From IMG/VR virus record IMGVR_UViG_2924943408_000006, positions 5,480 through 69,479 of that record: DNA of 64,000 bases; one strand, written 5' to 3'. How positions within the stretch are numbered: position 1 is the stretch's first letter; each line of letters opens with the position of its first letter. A program made the position numbers and the translations under genes. The notes below the pieces were generated by a model that saw nothing but the letters and a program-made list of their open reading frames with translations, ran no database searches and had not been told where the DNA came from. Below are positions 29,991 to 43,790 of this stretch, piece after piece. Source of the stretch: a virus (lineage: Duplodnaviria; Caudoviricetes).

Positions 29991-31901
29991 TTATTGCTGA
30001 GTGGCTTCGGTAGCCAGTAGAGGTCTTACTGCGGTTGCTGCCTGGTTAAGCGCTCGCTCATAAGCGGGGGTTCCCGGCTTGGTGTTCGCTAGGCGGAGAA
30101 GCATGTTTCTTACCGGCTTGCTTTCATAAAGCCGGGTTGCCAGACCATATCCGGCTTCTCCAGCAAGCGACGTTCCGAGCGTAGAAACACCAGCCCCGAT
30201 CCTCAGAGGATTTGCCAGTGTCTGCCCGGTCTGCGTCACGACATTTGCATAATCAGATCTTGATGTCTGCTTGAGAACGTCATGAAGCGCATCTAACTCT
30301 TTCATGTGGCGCCCGCTGAAAATTGTGTTGTAAATCTCACCGCCAGATTGCGACTTTAGCTTATTAACTTCAGTAAGGAACTTGGCTGGAGAATCACCGG
30401 CGCGTTCAGAGATTCTGCTGATATACGCAGCTCGCATAGCGTCTTTCCCTTTGTCATCCAGCGCGCTCCAGATACGCTTAACATCGGATGGCTTCCGGCT
30501 GTACACGACGCTATTGATTAGCTCAGGAGTCGCTTCACTGCTGGCCTTGTTGAGCTTACTGGCGATATTCTTGTTCAGAACCTTGTTGTAGACGTTTGCA
30601 TAGTCAGAGTTTGCTTTGAGATATGCAGAGGCATCTGAAGGCCCAAGCGTCTTGCCAACTGAATTACGCAGATCTCGCGTCATGGCATTCTCAACCATGT
30701 TGGTTGCTGCCTTGGCCTGATCAGGGAATACCATCGAGTCACCCTGAACGTTAGAGCGGAAGGCGGTCCGGTGCTGGCGAAGCAGGTCGAATGTTACATC
30801 GAGATCTGTTGCCGGGTTTGCCAGTTCATCGCGCAGACTTTTAAGCGAAGAAAGAAGGTTCTGATTTGCAGAGGATCCTAGACGCTCCTGCCGTGCAATG
30901 GCCGTATCCAGTGCATTCATGGTGTTAGTGGTATCAACCGCAGCATTACCCATCTTATTTGTGACGTCGTTAATAACGGCGCCTGCGGCATCCTTCCTTC
31001 CTTTCAGTGTCCCTGTGAGAGACTGAACAACATCATCAGGGTTATACTCACCAAAGCGGTCAAGGTAATTGCTGACCAGTTTGCTACGCCCTGCATATTG
31101 CTCCGCCCTCTTGCCTCCAGTGCCGAGAATGGCCCCCTCCCCACCCTGAGCCAGCCCACGGGTAAAAGCATTACCAGGTGGAATCATATCCGACGTCATT
31201 GGTGTAACGCCCATTCCTTCAGCAGCATCAATTACCTGCTTCGCTTCCGGCGCAATATCTCCTCGCAGCGCCGTAACGCCTCGACCAACCAGTTTAGCGG
31301 CGCCAGACAGCAATCCCTGCGCCCCGAGGTTAACAGCTGCGTTCTGCGCCACGTTCTGCGCAAAGTCTCCCTTCTGGTTTGCCGCCTCAGCAACAGAGCC
31401 AAGCGCCATATTCCCGGCGACACCGACACCAGGAATCAGGTAACCTCCGACAGTCTCGCCAGCCTGAGCATACGGATCTGTTGGCCGGTCCACCGGGCGA
31501 TACACATCATCAAGTATGCGTGGACCGCCCAAGCCCTGGCTGATGGCGTTAATCATTCCTGCTCCACCTTGCAGCACATCGAATGGAATGTTAACCAGCC
31601 CACGCCCGGCCTGCTCGGCGATCTGCCCAGCGCTCTGTCCGCCGGTAAGGAAATCACCGGCGCGCTGCATTAATGATGGCTCTGGTTGCTGCGGATCTGA
31701 TGCCTGTGGTTGTTGTGCTGGTTCTTGAGTCGTTGGAGGTGGATAAGCAGCATAGAAAGCCTGTTTAGCCTGTTCTGCATCGCTTCCGGCTTGCGGGGAC
31801 ACTACTTCATTGAAGTATTGCTCCTGCGCCTGTGCTTTCTGCTCTGGTGATAATGCCTGGTACTGTTGAGAGGAAATAACGTCTTTCCATGCCTTAGCCA
31901 T
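29991..31901 (-). CDS. DNA ejection protein (gp16-like)
   Basis: MAKAWKDVI...QYQAL; C-terminal [18 protein letters not shown]; synteny. Confidence 0.85.
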   Translation of the reverse strand: MAKAWKDVISSQQYQALSPEQKAQAQEQYFNEVVSPQAGSDAEQAKQAFYAAYPPPTTQEPAQQPQASDPQQPEPSLMQRAGDFLTGGQSAGQIAEQAGRGLVNIPFDVLQGGAGMINAISQGLGGPRILDDVYRPVDRPTDPYAQAGETVGGYLIPGVGVAGNMALGSVAEAANQKGDFAQNVAQNAAVNLGAQGLLSGAAKLVGRGVTALRGDIAPEAKQVIDAAEGMGVTPMTSDMIPPGNAFTRGLAQGGEGAILGTGGKRAEQYAGRSKLVSNYLDRFGEYNPDDVVQSLTGTLKGRKDAAGAVINDVTNKMGNAAVDTTNTMNALDTAIARQERLGSSANQNLLSSLKSLRDELANPATDLDVTFDLLRQHRTAFRSNVQGDSMVFPDQAKAATNMVENAMTRDLRNSVGKTLGPSDASAYLKANSDYANVYNKVLNKNIASKLNKASSEATPELINSVVYSRKPSDVKRIWSALDDKGKDAMRAAYISRISERAGDSPAKFLTEVNKLKSQSGGEIYNTIFSGRHMKELDALHDVLKQTSRSDYANVVTQTGQTLANPLRIGAGVSTLGTSLAGEAGYGLATRLYESKPVRNMLLRLANTKPGTPAYERALNQAATAVRPLLATEATQQ

Positions 31902-33121
31902 TAATCACCCCATAGAGACTGGTAGCCATTTTGCTGTTGTGGTTGTTGCGCTGCCGGTGCTTCCGGATCCTGGTAATCAAACTGCTTCTTCACAGTCCCC
32001 AACTTGCTTTCTAACTGAGTGCGAATTTTACCTATTGACGATCTAAACGCGTCTTCGCTCATCTTGGGGCTCAGAGCGCCAACAGCATCAGATAATTTTT
32101 TACCTTCTGCATCAGACAATGCACCCATGCCTTTTAGGCTTGCTACCATAGGTAAGAACGTCTGCGCCTTGAAGGTATCAAGACGGGCCTCGAAGTTTGC
32201 AGCATCAGAACCTGGTACTGTTGGGAATGCAGATCTGACCCCTACCGCCTTTGGCAAGCCTGGGCTTTTCTCAATTTCACCAAGAGAGTCAAGCGCGGTA
32301 CTGAACGTATCAACAGCTCCTTGAGCAGTAGCCTGACGGTCTGCACGAGCGATCTCTGCCTTTTTCTGCACATCAGCCTGCTTCTGTCGAAGCTCGTCAA
32401 GTTTGAGTGAATTTGTTTCCCTCGCGATTTGACGATCAAGAATTTTGTCTTGAAGCTCCGCTCGCTGAATATCTCGAGAGAGCGCTGCATTTTTGGCGCT
32501 AATATTCTGTCCTCTGATAGTAATATCCTGCCCCCTGGCCTGAAGACCCTCGCCAGCACGGTTACTGCGCGCTGTCTCGTCAATCTTCTGCTGGTTCTGC
32601 TGCGTCTCGAACTGCTTATCCATCGGCAATGTTGCGAGGCGAGTGGCATTAAGCAGGCTATTAAACTGCTGCGGATCCTGCCGATACAGTTGCGCGGCCT
32701 GTTCCTGAGATACACCTAGACTTGATAGCGCCGGGCCATTTTTCTGGATAGCTGACTGCACTACCTGAGGGTTGCCACTTGCGGCCGCCACTGACAGGTC
32801 ATTCAATGCACCATGAACAAATGAGGCGTGTTCAGCGCTCTGAATGCCGATTTCCTGCTGGATATTCTGTGCAAACTCCGGGAACTGCCGGCGCAGCGCC
32901 GGTAACTGTTCTGGTGTCGCGCTCTCAATTGCGGTATAGAAATCCTGGCGGCGCTGATTATCTTTCTGTGCCTGCTGGTTCTGCATTTGAGAAGATATTA
33001 CCTGCTGCTGACCGACTCGATTCTGTGTTTCCTGAAGAGCCTCTCTCCGGAAGTCGGGGATCATAGTGTCGTAATAGTTGATAGGGGCACCAAGCCCCTG
33101 CAATCCACCAAACTGAGCCAT
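31901..33121 (-). CDS. DNA ejection protein (gp20-like)
   Basis: Gln-rich, [25 protein letters not shown]; synteny. Confidence 0.85.
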   Translation of the reverse strand: MAQFGGLQGLGAPINYYDTMIPDFRREALQETQNRVGQQQVISSQMQNQQAQKDNQRRQDFYTAIESATPEQLPALRRQFPEFAQNIQQEIGIQSAEHASFVHGALNDLSVAAASGNPQVVQSAIQKNGPALSSLGVSQEQAAQLYRQDPQQFNSLLNATRLATLPMDKQFETQQNQQKIDETARSNRAGEGLQARGQDITIRGQNISAKNAALSRDIQRAELQDKILDRQIARETNSLKLDELRQKQADVQKKAEIARADRQATAQGAVDTFSTALDSLGEIEKSPGLPKAVGVRSAFPTVPGSDAANFEARLDTFKAQTFLPMVASLKGMGALSDAEGKKLSDAVGALSPKMSEDAFRSSIGKIRTQLESKLGTVKKQFDYQDPEAPAAQQPQQQNGYQSLWGD

Positions 33122-33786
33122 CAGAACATTCCCCCACCCATCATGCCGCCGAACATACCGGTGAACTGGTTAACGTCCTGCGCCGCGCCGTTATTAATGC
33201 TGCTGTTAGCGCTGGCAGCAACCTGCCATGGAAGAGCCGCCTTGCCAGCCATGATCTGGCCTTTCTGCTGATACATTCCAGCCATGTTGTTACCCTGACC
33301 AATGGCATAGTTTCCTAGCGCGTTAGCTGCCTCAGCGCCGAACCCTGACAGGCCCATCAACTGGGAATACATGTTCTGCTGCTGGTTGGTCATATCAGCG
33401 AGATAGTTTTGACCGAGAGTTGGCGCGATAGATGCCAGCATATTGCCAGTTGCCGTGGAGCCGAGTCCGCCAGTTGCTTCTGCTGCATTCAGCCCGCTAT
33501 AGCGAGCCTGGTCATTCAGCATCTGGTACTCTCGAGACTTAAAATAATCAGACAGCAGTTTGTTTCTGTCTATCGGCTTCCCGGCGATCGCTTGCAACCC
33601 TGCCAGCCCGGTGCGACCCGCACTCTCGTAAGGAGTCAGCCATTCGACAGCATCCTCATAACCCTGCCGAGACTGCTCCATGGCCCGATCCTGATACTTC
33701 TGCTGCTGCTTGGCTGCTTTATGGGCACCAATACCGCCAATCACACCCGATACAGCACCGCCGATACCACTAATTGCACCGCCCAT
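33121..33786 (-). CDS. DNA ejection protein (gp7-like)
   Basis: AAEATGGLGSTATGNMLASIAPTLGQ. Confidence 0.85.
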   Translation of the reverse strand: MGGAISGIGGAVSGVIGGIGAHKAAKQQQKYQDRAMEQSRQGYEDAVEWLTPYESAGRTGLAGLQAIAGKPIDRNKLLSDYFKSREYQMLNDQARYSGLNAAEATGGLGSTATGNMLASIAPTLGQNYLADMTNQQQNMYSQLMGLSGFGAEAANALGNYAIGQGNNMAGMYQQKGQIMAGKAALPWQVAASANSSINNGAAQDVNQFTGMFGGMMGGGMF

Positions 33787-34162
33787 GATATTCTCCCGGC
33801 TCGCGCCACATAATAAAAAAGGCGCTTTCGCGCCCATCGGTAGTTGTTAATGTTTCTGTCGTTCGTTCACCGAAACCCATTCGACTGGCGTAGTTGCACA
33901 CCTTCGGACGGTCAGTAAGGATGACGGCGCGAAGCCGGTGCATGCCGAACATTTTCAGGATGTCCGCGCCAGCATCACGGCACTCACGCCAGCGGCGCTT
34001 ATCCATCGCAATATGGATATCGAAATACCCATGCTGCGGAACCAGAGCGAATACACAGCAGCCATTCCAGAAGAAGTAATCGGCACCCGGATCAACCCAC
34101 GACTCCACACCCCACAGGCGCATCAATCCCTGCCCGGTGAGAGCATCGATATTCGTTAGCAT
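33770..34162 (-). CDS. gp14-like virion assembly protein
   Basis: Position between needle and gp7; DIHIAM motif. Confidence 0.65.
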   Translation of the reverse strand: MLTNIDALTGQGLMRLWGVESWVDPGADYFFWNGCCVFALVPQHGYFDIHIAMDKRRWRECRDAGADILKMFGMHRLRAVILTDRPKVCNYASRMGFGERTTETLTTTDGRESAFFIMWREPGEYHGRCN

Positions 34163-34164
34163 GG

Positions 34165-35031
34165 TTACTGTTCCGCTATTATCTTGATGGTTGTGGCAGT
34201 GAAGGCTGCGCCGTTGGCCTGAATGGTTAACGTACTGCCGTTGGTGGCGAGGAAGCCGCCCTGGTCGACCGAGAAGAACGTGGCCAGCAGAATGTTATCC
34301 GTCGCTGTCGCGGCATTGCGGCTGGCAACCAGCGTGTCCGGGACTGAACCGGAGAAGGTAAGTTGCATGGATCGGTTGGTGGTGCCGCCCGGATAGCTTC
34401 CGATGATAGCCAGTTTGAAGTTGAGCGATTTGTTCTCGTTAAAGACAACCATCTTGTTGTTAACGGTGTCGAAGAACGGGGCCAGCGTGCCGGATGTCGG
34501 AGTTAATGCCTTGAGCATCGTCACCAGGTTGGTGGCGGTAGTCGGGATAACCTGAGATATTCCGGTGTAGACCACCTCTGACTTCTTGCGCGTTACAGCG
34601 TATTCGAGCGCATCAATCCGTGTTTCATGGTCCGCCAGCTCCGCTTCATTGGCAGTGATGCGCGTCTCATGGTCTGCCAGCGCCGTCTCAATGTCAGCGA
34701 CTTCATCAATCAGGAAGTCAACATCGTTACGCAGGACATCAATCTTGCCTTCTGCTGTCGTCAGCCGTACATCGAGTAACTGAATAGCATGGCTGTTGGC
34801 GGTGATCCTCCCCTCGTGGTCAGCAAGGGTAACGTCCTGCTCATCGTTCTTAACCTGCGCATCGTATGCACCTTGCCCGGCTTCGTTGGCTTTACCCGCG
34901 ACGTTGGTGAAGTCTACGGCCTGTGACAGGATGTATTGCTTGTACGCCGGACTCCATCCGATAGGGATTGATGACGCATTGATATTTATCGCGCGCAGAA
35001 TTACCGGTTGGTTTAGCGACTCATCAGCCAT
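34165..35031 (-). CDS. Tail needle (gp26), Sf6-type knob
   Basis: AGKANEAGQGAYDAQVKNDEQDV.LADH, coiled coil, RKKSEVVY knob domain. Confidence 0.9.
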   Translation of the reverse strand: MADESLNQPVILRAININASSIPIGWSPAYKQYILSQAVDFTNVAGKANEAGQGAYDAQVKNDEQDVTLADHEGRITANSHAIQLLDVRLTTAEGKIDVLRNDVDFLIDEVADIETALADHETRITANEAELADHETRIDALEYAVTRKKSEVVYTGISQVIPTTATNLVTMLKALTPTSGTLAPFFDTVNNKMVVFNENKSLNFKLAIIGSYPGGTTNRSMQLTFSGSVPDTLVASRNAATATDNILLATFFSVDQGGFLATNGSTLTIQANGAAFTATTIKIIAEQ

Positions 35032-36449
35032 CACTCAATCCTTATCTGTGCGCCTGATAATGTGACAGGTGACTTGGTGATAACCCTGATTTTGAAGCCT
35101 ACGTTCTTGCGGATACGCCCGACACGCTTCCAGATGACGCGCTTGTCGTAAACGAATGGTGCGTTTTGCTCGATCATCTGCTCCCGGCCAAAGTTGATGC
35201 CGTCGGCAGTGGAAGACAGGAATAACCGGTCAGCGTATTGAGCAACGCCGGTAGATGACTCCAGCTCGAAATCGAACACCCTTGCGTTATCTGCCTTGAA
35301 TAGCGGCGTGAACAACAAAAATTCCTGTTGTTTTTCGTACTGGCTGGAGATGTCGAACTTGAGCGCCCCCTTCAAGGATTCCAGCTTGTCGCCGCAGGTT
35401 ATCGAGTTGCCTTCGTACATGAAGTCGATAGCCCGGTACACATCGTCATACAGTCCTGTTTTCAGGATGCACCACTGCGGGCCATTCTGTGATGCTGTGC
35501 CGTCGTATACCAGCACATGGCGCGGAAGGTGGATCATCAGCAACTCGTGAGAGTCGAAGCGCAATGACTCCATCACCACTGTGGATAGCTCGGATGATGT
35601 GTAGCTGCGGATTATCTTCTCAATGCTGGCGGTGGCGATCGGAGTAGCCCGGCCCGAGTCGATGATATATACCGACGGAGCACCGGTAGCTGGATTGCTG
35701 ACGATGGCATAAGCATCCATGAATACGCATTTGCAGAATGTACCGGCGATACCTTTCGGCACCATATAAGCCGGGTTAGCGACGTACAGCGCCGCGCCTG
35801 CCGTGCTGGCTCCGGTCAGCGAGAAAAACTCGGTCGTGGTAGCACCGAAGCACACAACGAAGTCGCGCCAGGTACCGATGCCGATAATGCCGTCTGGTTG
35901 CGACTCCGCCCGGTACTCCGCCGCGTTACGGTCAGGGTGCGACTCGTCCTGCAGGTCAGAGATAAACCATGAATCCGTCCCATTCTTCGCCCAGGCATAG
36001 CGACCACGCAGCCGGGTTACGTCACGCGCGGATCCGAGTTCGTACTGAGTGAATCCGCTATCAACGGGCCAGTTGGCAATCGTCTTAACCGTTCCATCAT
36101 ACCGGTACTCGACGATATTCCCGTTCACACAAACAGCCTGAGACGTGCGACCGTGGGCCAGAGATACGCGTGCAGAACCGCCAACATCACCAACCGTTGC
36201 GTCTGACCGGTATAGCTTACCGCCCATAACGCGATATACGGCATTCTGAGAGGTGTTGTACTCTGCCCCGCGTGATGTACCAGCAACATCTGATAGCTTC
36301 GTTACGCCGGGGAATGAGCGCAAATATCCCGATGCGTTGAGTACTTCTTTGGGCGTTGCTAAAAGGTTAACAGGAAGGAAGTCGATGTAGTCGGCGTTGC
36401 GGAAGTCTTTACCCGTTCCCTTCATCAGAGGAAGTTGCTGGATCGGCAT
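35031..36449 (-). CDS. Tail hub / packaged DNA stabilization protein gp10
   Basis: [26 protein letters not shown]; 472 aa. Confidence 0.95.
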   Translation of the reverse strand: MPIQQLPLMKGTGKDFRNADYIDFLPVNLLATPKEVLNASGYLRSFPGVTKLSDVAGTSRGAEYNTSQNAVYRVMGGKLYRSDATVGDVGGSARVSLAHGRTSQAVCVNGNIVEYRYDGTVKTIANWPVDSGFTQYELGSARDVTRLRGRYAWAKNGTDSWFISDLQDESHPDRNAAEYRAESQPDGIIGIGTWRDFVVCFGATTTEFFSLTGASTAGAALYVANPAYMVPKGIAGTFCKCVFMDAYAIVSNPATGAPSVYIIDSGRATPIATASIEKIIRSYTSSELSTVVMESLRFDSHELLMIHLPRHVLVYDGTASQNGPQWCILKTGLYDDVYRAIDFMYEGNSITCGDKLESLKGALKFDISSQYEKQQEFLLFTPLFKADNARVFDFELESSTGVAQYADRLFLSSTADGINFGREQMIEQNAPFVYDKRVIWKRVGRIRKNVGFKIRVITKSPVTLSGAQIRIE

Positions 36450-36895
36450 CTTGTTTCTCTCCCGGGAAGAAATGCCAGCCATTCAGGGTGGCTAATTGAT
36501 TTCCGCTGCCAATAGGCATCCGGTTTGGATAAGGTGCGCGTTTGGCGCGTGATATAGCGGTCTGCTTGTACAGCAACTCTTTGCCGTATCTGGCGGTGGT
36601 GATAATTTTTGCTGTCGCTTCCAGAGCGTAGTCTGGAGCAATACGGCAGGCCAGATTGTGGTATACGGCACTCACTGCGCTCGAACGTAATCCGTGGTCA
36701 TCGCCTTCGGCTGGAGGATTATCCGGATCCGCGAATACATAGCCGGTGATAATGCCCTTTCCATCCTGGTACCACTCAGCCATCATCGACTCAAGGTCAT
36801 CGACCGCATCCTGCATGGACTGCGGTTCAACGTCGGTTAGGGTGGCGTTTGATGCAATTGCTAACTTGCGCAGCGCCGCTCTAACCAGGTCACCT

Positions 36896-36912
<17 letters not shown>
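36409..36912 (-). CDS. Head-tail adaptor gp4
   Basis: [35 protein letters not shown]. Confidence 0.95.
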
Positions 36913-37146
<234 letters not shown>

Positions 37147-37150
<4 letters not shown>

Positions 37151-37383
37151 GCTTTGCTCCAGATATAGTCGCGATTGATTGACTCAAGGATTTCACCATG
37201 GTCATTGGTCAACCATGCATTTTGGTGCTTGTAAATGGTTACGGTGTCATTGCTGAACCGAACCTTAGCCACAATGTCACTCGTCTCAAATTCACCATCA
37301 TCAATGGTAGTGATTGAAACAACAGACTTAATCGGCCAATACTCAGCAGTGATCGAACCCTTCTGGCTTATTTTCAGGAACAT
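37147..37383 (-). CDS. Hypothetical protein downstream of coat gene
   Basis: 78 aa ORF coupled (ATGA) to next gene. Confidence 0.6.
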
Positions 37384-37396
37384 AATTCACCAAGGA

Positions 37397-37417
37397 TAAA
37401 AGGGGCCGAAGCCCCTA
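37397..37417 (-). terminator. Intrinsic terminator after coat gene
   Basis: AGGGGC-TTCG-GCCCCT followed by T-run on minus strand. Confidence 0.75.
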
Positions 37418-37430
37418 GGTGGTTGAGTTA

Positions 37431-38723
37431 TTACGCCTGACCAGGAAGGCCGACGACGATTGCTTCCGGGCGAACAGCGCAAGCTGAATACCAGACCGCG
37501 ATACGGCACTTACCAGTCAGGGTGTTGATATCACCCTGGGTAGCAAAGATGCCGTTAATGCCAACACCAGGAATGCTGAAAGACTGGGTTTTCATGCCAG
37601 AGAACAGCTCATGGTTAAGCGGGATCGGCTGTGACAGCAGTCGAATAGAGTCATCAGCCCAGCCGATGTTGGCGGTGGTCGTGGTGGTGTTCAGCAACGT
37701 GATCGGTGCAGCTGCAGCCAGCGAAGTGTTCACGTTGGCGTAGGCCTTCTCTTCCGCAGTCAGCGCGGCGTCGTCGAGAGCTACCGGTTTCGGAGTGATC
37801 TCGATGTGAGTACCATCGATAACACGGGTGATAGAGAAGGTGGCGTCGTCGGTGAGGACGTTCTTCGCCATCTGCGACAGGTATTTCACGCCAGCAAAGC
37901 TGATCTTGTCGCCACGCTTCAGGCCCGCAGATGCTGATACAACTACCGTTGCGACACGGTTATCAACGTTCTCGTTGTTGCCGTCGGTGTCAGTAATGTA
38001 AGCCTGTGGCTTAAACTTCTGCGCGCCGGTGACGGTGATGCCGGTGACGGTGGAACCAACGACAGTTGGCAGTTTTGGCGAACGCAGGACGTCATCAAAG
38101 CCAGCAACTTGCTTCTGGATCGTTCCGTTGCGATATGCCTCTTCCGGTACGCGCCCGAAGATATCGCCAGCAGTCAGATCACGACCGGACTTGCGATAGT
38201 CAGATGGGTTCAGGAAGTAGCTGATGCCCATGTCGCGGTTAAGTTCGCGCGCAAACATCAGTTCTTCAGCGGAGGACAGGAAATCCCAACCGCTCAGGCC
38301 GGTAGCCGGACCAATAGAGCGCGAGTCATGCACGACCAGTGATCCCATTTCCGTGGCCTGCTTGGCGATAGCCGTTTCGATGTTGTTCGCCAACTTCTTG
38401 GCTGATGCCTGGATGCGACGGCGGTACGAGCGCTCATCACGCAGATCGTCAGCGCGCAGCTGGAAGAAGTCGTTATCCGGCAGGCCCATGTTGCATTTAA
38501 CTGACAACTCCAGAACGTTGGTTGACTTGTTGGTCAGATCCCAACCTTCCTGAGTTGGCGCTTCCTGCTCGAGTGGCATCCAAACGGTGTTACCGGAACG
38601 CTGCATTGAGTCAGCTTCCGGGGTGTACTTGGTGGTTTTTGACGCCATTGGCGTCAGGTTTTGAACAGTCTCGATGATCTCATCGATTGCATACGTGACC
38701 AGTTGGCCTTCTTTTAAGCTCAT
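37431..38723 (-). CDS. Coat protein (P22 gp5-like)
   Basis: 430 aa; [42 protein letters not shown]. Confidence 0.95.
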   Translation of the reverse strand: MSLKEGQLVTYAIDEIIETVQNLTPMASKTTKYTPEADSMQRSGNTVWMPLEQEAPTQEGWDLTNKSTNVLELSVKCNMGLPDNDFFQLRADDLRDERSYRRRIQASAKKLANNIETAIAKQATEMGSLVVHDSRSIGPATGLSGWDFLSSAEELMFARELNRDMGISYFLNPSDYRKSGRDLTAGDIFGRVPEEAYRNGTIQKQVAGFDDVLRSPKLPTVVGSTVTGITVTGAQKFKPQAYITDTDGNNENVDNRVATVVVSASAGLKRGDKISFAGVKYLSQMAKNVLTDDATFSITRVIDGTHIEITPKPVALDDAALTAEEKAYANVNTSLAAAAPITLLNTTTTTANIGWADDSIRLLSQPIPLNHELFSGMKTQSFSIPGVGINGIFATQGDINTLTGKCRIAVWYSACAVRPEAIVVGLPGQA

Positions 38724-39637
38724 TATTTGATTCCTTTAAGCTGAGATTTCAGCTGGCGGTAAAGCACTACGTCGCCTTTGTTAGCTGCGGCTTCCATCTT
38801 CTTCTGGAGCGCTGCAACGTTGGCGGCGACGGCCTGGCCCTGCACCGGTTCGTCAGGGGCTGGGGCTTCGGATACTTGCTTACCGCGCGGCTTGAGAGTT
38901 AAACGTTCAGAGAGTCGAGTGAGTTCAATCAGCGCTGACTGCCCATCCATCGACAAGATTCGACGGGTGGTCTCCGGGTTTGCACCCAGGTGATATACGA
39001 GCGCTGCGGATTTCTCAGGGAAGAGGCGCATGATATCGACGGTTACCTGTGGCGGAACCATCTGAGAAAACGCATCTTCTTTCGCCTGGTAGTCAGGAAG
39101 ATTGAGTTTTTCCGCAGCGTCGTAGTGTTTACGGGCTGCCTCGACGTGTTGCGTTGATTGCTGGGTGTACTCCTGAGTCTTGCGCCCCTGCTCGGCTACC
39201 GCATTGCTGCGCGCGTCCTGAGCTTTGGTACTCCATTCGTTATTGGCCTGCTGGAATGCAGCCGACGCCATGGCAGTGTCACCGTTGTACTTGCTGTATA
39301 AGGCATCATCACCAAAGAAGTCGTTAACGTTTGGCTGTGGAGGGAGATCTGGGGTAACCCGTAAGTTCTCCGGCAACTCGCCACGCTTAACAGCTTCCGC
39401 CTGTTGCTCAAGGTCGCGTTGACGCTTGCGCTCCAGGCGCTTAGCTGCAAATTTCGCGTTGGTTTCCGGGTCTTGTTTCTGCTTACCCTCATCGTCACTC
39501 AGGACAACATCGAAGCCTGTATCCAGTTCTGCGTTATCGTTGGCATTATCGATAACTAAGCCATCAGCGGGTGCCGCCGCCTGAGTGCCGGACAGAGTTG
39601 AGTCTTCAGTTGCCTGAATTACGTTGGTATCTTTCAT
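38723..39637 (-). CDS. Scaffolding protein (P22 gp8-like)
   Basis: [20 protein letters not shown]-terminal helix-turn-helix KGDV..YR.LK..LKGI. Confidence 0.95.
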   Translation of the reverse strand: MKDTNVIQATEDSTLSGTQAAAPADGLVIDNANDNAELDTGFDVVLSDDEGKQKQDPETNAKFAAKRLERKRQRDLEQQAEAVKRGELPENLRVTPDLPPQPNVNDFFGDDALYSKYNGDTAMASAAFQQANNEWSTKAQDARSNAVAEQGRKTQEYTQQSTQHVEAARKHYDAAEKLNLPDYQAKEDAFSQMVPPQVTVDIMRLFPEKSAALVYHLGANPETTRRILSMDGQSALIELTRLSERLTLKPRGKQVSEAPAPDEPVQGQAVAANVAALQKKMEAAANKGDVVLYRQLKSQLKGIK

Positions 39638-39650
39638 GTTTAGCTCTCTC

Positions 39651-41822
39651 TTATTGAGGAATCTCGGCTACGCCGCCGGAGGGGGGTGTTTGTCTCTGCG
39701 ATTGCAGGAGGTTGGCTACGTCCAGCTGCTGCTTATGCCGCTGTCCAGCGCCTTTGAGTAGAAGATCTGCGTTTGCTCGCGCATCAGCAGCGCTTTCGTT
39801 CTGAGCGCGCTGCATGAGGTCGAGGAAGTCGCGGAATGCGGCTTGCTTATCGAGATCCATGTTGTTGAAGATTTCAGCAATCTTCGCCTGGTTGAGCTGG
39901 TTGACACTTTCAACCTTGGCTGCGTCAACCTGCAGTTGCTGTTGCTTAACCTGCGCGTTGAGTAGATCGGCCTGACCGGTAAGCAGGACACCTTGAGCCT
40001 GTAGCTGCTCTGGTGATGGCTGCTGCGGTTGCTGTTGCGCCTCCTGAACCATCTGCATTTCTTCAGGTGTTTCAGGTTTCTTAAGGCCCATCGTGACGAG
40101 TTGCTTGTTCGCGTACTCGCGCATCATCTCGACACCTTTACCGTCAAGCAGGGTGAAGTACTGGAGCAGCAGCATCTGCCATTCCGGCGTGCTTGGCGGA
40201 ACCTTGGCGAGCAGCTCCTGAATCTCTGCGCGGTTCTGGTCTTTCATGCTCTGGAATGACGGGCCAACGTCGGTATAGCACTCGTACCGGCCGCGAATAT
40301 CGTTGAGCGTCACCACCTGCCCGGACTGATAATCGACAACCTGAGTAAGCAGTTGAACCTGCTTCTCGCTGCCGTCTTCCAGCGTCATCATCACGTTGCG
40401 CGGAACGTCGTAGATGTCGTTAACCATCGAGGCGTAAATCTCCCCGTCACGGCGCATAGCAGTGGCGAGGTTATCCTGAAAGACGTACGTCTCAAGGTCG
40501 GCACGCATGTTGAGCTGGTTGACGGTATCGAATGCCACCTGACCGTTAGCGGCGTCAGCATCAACACCCATCGTCGCAACCTGATTAACCGACTGAGTTG
40601 CGGCTTCAAGCATGTAGGCGTTGGCCTGAGGAACGGCTGGCTCCTCCATGTATGCAACCGGAGTAGGTGGCAGGTCGCCACCATTCTCGTCAGTTCTGTT
40701 GATCAGGTAATACGGGTAGGCATCAGTGCCGCTGTACATGTGCTCATATCCGGCGATCTGCTCGGGATAGAAGAACGGCTTCTTCTGCGGGTTTCGCGCG
40801 ACGATGTCAGCGTTGAACGACATGATCATGTTGCGCAGGCGTTGCCCGTCTTTCGTCAGGCGAACTACACCCTCATACACCTCTTTGTCGCCTGCGAATG
40901 ACCACTCGCCAAAAACCGGCACAATCGGGATATGCTCACCGGCGATAAGCTCGCGATCCTTCAACACTGAGGTGCAGGTGATGATTGATTTGTACACCCG
41001 GCGCCGGGTTACTTTCTTCTCCGCCACCTTCTGCATGCCGCGCTCGGCCAGTTCGTCGATCACATCTTTGATGTCACGCTTGAAGTAGCTGACAGGTTCG
41101 CCCGTCATCGGGTCGATGTAGATAAAGACAGTTTCTTTCTTCTCTTCTACCTCGTAATACTCGCCGACGTAGACAACATCTTTGCTGATCCACGGGAAAA
41201 GCCAGTTGCTATCAGGTGACTGAAAGCTAGGCATTTCCTCTTCATCAAGCCCATGCTCTTCAGCGTACTGTTTCCAGCCGTCCGTGCTCATTGGGTTGAT
41301 GATGGTGCAGTGCCGGGCATCGCTCTTGTCCATCTGCTTACTGTTGCAGTCCCAGATTACATGGGAGCAAGCTTCGTGGATCGGAACGCGACGGATCACC
41401 TGGTTATTGCTGGTCGGGTCCTGGTCTTCGTGCTCAGCAACCAGACGCCAGGCACCTACGCCAGCCTCAATCTGCTCACGAACGCCAACGTTTACCGATA
41501 TCTTCGCGGTGTTGTGGCGCATATCAGTACGGTACATGCCCATGAGGACATCGGCACTATCAGGTGCTGCGCCATCCTTCGGGCGGTACATGACATCAAT
41601 CGGGTTCTTGCGCATCTCAGCGACGAGCTTACGCACGACAGGACGGACAACATCGAACTGTCCGCGATACTGCAAGGTGGTGTATTCAGATAGCCAGTCA
41701 TCCCATTGGCTAACCCGGCTGAAATACAGGTCGTTGGTCGCCTCGGTTCTGGCTTCATCACTCGACATCCAGTCCATGTCGAACTTGCACAGGATGGAGT
41801 TGAGTCTTTCGTTATCGGCCAT
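39651..41822 (-). CDS. Portal protein (P22 gp1-like)
   Basis: [28 protein letters not shown]; 723 aa. Confidence 0.97.
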   Translation of the reverse strand: MADNERLNSILCKFDMDWMSSDEARTEATNDLYFSRVSQWDDWLSEYTTLQYRGQFDVVRPVVRKLVAEMRKNPIDVMYRPKDGAAPDSADVLMGMYRTDMRHNTAKISVNVGVREQIEAGVGAWRLVAEHEDQDPTSNNQVIRRVPIHEACSHVIWDCNSKQMDKSDARHCTIINPMSTDGWKQYAEEHGLDEEEMPSFQSPDSNWLFPWISKDVVYVGEYYEVEEKKETVFIYIDPMTGEPVSYFKRDIKDVIDELAERGMQKVAEKKVTRRRVYKSIITCTSVLKDRELIAGEHIPIVPVFGEWSFAGDKEVYEGVVRLTKDGQRLRNMIMSFNADIVARNPQKKPFFYPEQIAGYEHMYSGTDAYPYYLINRTDENGGDLPPTPVAYMEEPAVPQANAYMLEAATQSVNQVATMGVDADAANGQVAFDTVNQLNMRADLETYVFQDNLATAMRRDGEIYASMVNDIYDVPRNVMMTLEDGSEKQVQLLTQVVDYQSGQVVTLNDIRGRYECYTDVGPSFQSMKDQNRAEIQELLAKVPPSTPEWQMLLLQYFTLLDGKGVEMMREYANKQLVTMGLKKPETPEEMQMVQEAQQQPQQPSPEQLQAQGVLLTGQADLLNAQVKQQQLQVDAAKVESVNQLNQAKIAEIFNNMDLDKQAAFRDFLDLMQRAQNESAADARANADLLLKGAGQRHKQQLDVANLLQSQRQTPPSGGVAEIPQ

Positions 41823-43322
41823 TTAAGTTCTCCGTGCGATGGGCCTGATTGGTGCTGGGGCTTTCTTCTCTTTTGGCTTCTTAATGTCGCGCATCAACTT
41901 AGCGAAGCGGCGCATCATGTAGCCGTAACGAACAGCATCGAGAACATCGTCATTGGTCTTGGCGATCTTCCCGTTTTCGTCACGGTGGTACAGTCGGAAC
42001 TCTTCGAAGAAAGGTTCACAGGTGTTAAATACTCTGAATCGCCCTTCCAGCATCAGGTCTCTGAGCTCTATCAGCCCTGACTCAACTGAGTTACCACCAT
42101 CAGCAAATGTGGCGTGTTCAGGGAGCATGGAGAATCCAGCATCAGCGTATTGTTTCTTGAGCTGTGCTCCGCCTCCCTTTTCATGCTGATGACCATCGTG
42201 TGGCCACGCTACTGGCATCTTGCTTGCCCATGACTTAACGGCACCCCACGCTTGAACGGCGGTGTTTTCTGACTTCTTCCATACCCTGGACAGGTAGAAC
42301 ACATCCTCGTCTTTATCCCACCACAACTGGATGTGAGCCTGTGGGTGATCCCAGCCAAAGTCTTGTGCGTCGATAACGTAGAAATGATCGGGGCATTCGA
42401 ACGGCTGGCACTTGATGGTCTCTTCAGGTATCTGGAAGATTCGACCACTACCCATTGTCGGTATGCCACGGGCTCGAGCTTCACGCTCATGCTCAGGGTA
42501 ACCGGCAACAATTTGCTCTTTCAGCTCGTCGCTGTAGTGATCGGCGTCGTAGATTGTCATGGTGACAACCTTCTGCGCCTTACTCGGGTTCTTCAGAAAT
42601 TTGGTAACGACGTCTGACATACCCATCAGCGGGGTAAACGTCAGCATTGAGAACTGTCCGTATTTGTTGGTACGGGTCAGTCCTTCGCCGTAGATACTGT
42701 ATGGCGGTTCTTCATCGAACCAGACGCCGTGGATTGTGTCACCCTGCCAGCGGGCGCGGCCCTGCGAGTACGGCTTGAAGTAGCAGATGGAAATGCCATC
42801 TTCTGCGCCGTCGGCGTTGTGGTGCTTTATCAGGAGGTGATCGACAAGGTTCGGGAAGAATGGAGACTTCTTCCAGCTGATGATGTCCTCTTTCGGGATT
42901 GACCCGTAGCCAGGCTCATCATTCTCTTCGATGCGACCGCACAGAATGCGCTGTGTCGTCTTCGTTACGGTTTCGTTGGTCTCACCACCCACCCAGAATA
43001 CGACGGGCTCATAGAAGCGTTTACCGCCCCACGATTCGCCATATGCTCCATCAGTCGGATAACCTTTCGTGCCGGGATAGCGTCCAGTGAGATGGAATGC
43101 TACCTCTGCGCCGCCAGTGTAGGACTTGCCCAACTGGTTACCAGCCATGAAGCAGCGTTCAGGGTAGTCAGCGCCAGCGTCGATAAACTCTCGCTGTTTT
43201 CCGTACGGCGTGAAGTCGTACAGTTGATGCGTTTCCCGGTACCGCTCCTCTTCCTCCAGGAGTTCGAGCAATTCGATCTGCTCATCTTCTGTCAGGTCAT
43301 CAAGAATCGCTTCGGCTTCCAC
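41823..43322 (-). CDS. Terminase large subunit (P22 gp2-like)
   Basis: [30 protein letters not shown]; 499 aa. Confidence 0.97.
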   Translation of the reverse strand: MEAEAILDDLTEDEQIELLELLEEEERYRETHQLYDFTPYGKQREFIDAGADYPERCFMAGNQLGKSYTGGAEVAFHLTGRYPGTKGYPTDGAYGESWGGKRFYEPVVFWVGGETNETVTKTTQRILCGRIEENDEPGYGSIPKEDIISWKKSPFFPNLVDHLLIKHHNADGAEDGISICYFKPYSQGRARWQGDTIHGVWFDEEPPYSIYGEGLTRTNKYGQFSMLTFTPLMGMSDVVTKFLKNPSKAQKVVTMTIYDADHYSDELKEQIVAGYPEHEREARARGIPTMGSGRIFQIPEETIKCQPFECPDHFYVIDAQDFGWDHPQAHIQLWWDKDEDVFYLSRVWKKSENTAVQAWGAVKSWASKMPVAWPHDGHQHEKGGGAQLKKQYADAGFSMLPEHATFADGGNSVESGLIELRDLMLEGRFRVFNTCEPFFEEFRLYHRDENGKIAKTNDDVLDAVRYGYMMRRFAKLMRDIKKPKEKKAPAPIRPIARRT

Positions 43323-43788
43323 GTTTGAGTAACTCCTGAATTCGAGAGCGTCGCTTATCGCGATCTCCCTTATCAGGTGTCACGTCTTCAACTTGCGACT
43401 GCTCTTTGAGGCCCAGATCACGGGCGATGATGTTGGCGTTCAGTAGGTCAGCTGCTGCGCCGGAAAACTTCTGGTCGTAGATGATTTGCTCTGCTCGCGT
43501 GACGACTTCAGATAAATCTTCTCGCATTCGATATGTGCGCCATGTTTCAAGCGTCACATCGAGGAATAGCGTCAGGCCGGTGATGGTCATTGCGCGCATC
43601 TTGGCGATGGGCTCTTGCGTCACCTCACCCTGATACGCAAACGCCTTCATCTCCCAAAGCGGATGCTCTTCCACCCACGTGAAATACTCACAGCATGCAG
43701 CCCACAGCACCTCAGGCGATTCGAATTTCGGGTTACGCCCATGACTACTGCGGGCCTCCCAGAATCGGTTGCCCTTTGGCGCTGCCAT
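43300..43788 (-). CDS. Terminase small subunit (P22 gp3-like)
   Basis: [26 protein letters not shown]; 162 aa. Confidence 0.97.
   Translation of the reverse strand: MAAPKGNRFWEARSSHGRNPKFESPEVLWAACCEYFTWVEEHPLWEMKAFAYQGEVTQEPIAKMRAMTITGLTLFLDVTLETWRTYRMREDLSEVVTRAEQIIYDQKFSGAAADLLNANIIARDLGLKEQSQVEDVTPDKGDRDKRRSRIQELLKRGSRSDS
43502..43523 (-). other. P22-type pac site inside terS
   Basis: Minus strand reads GAGAAGATTTATCTGAAGTCGT, containing the P22 pac core AAGATTTATCTG. Confidence 0.8.
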
Positions 43789-43790
43789 AA

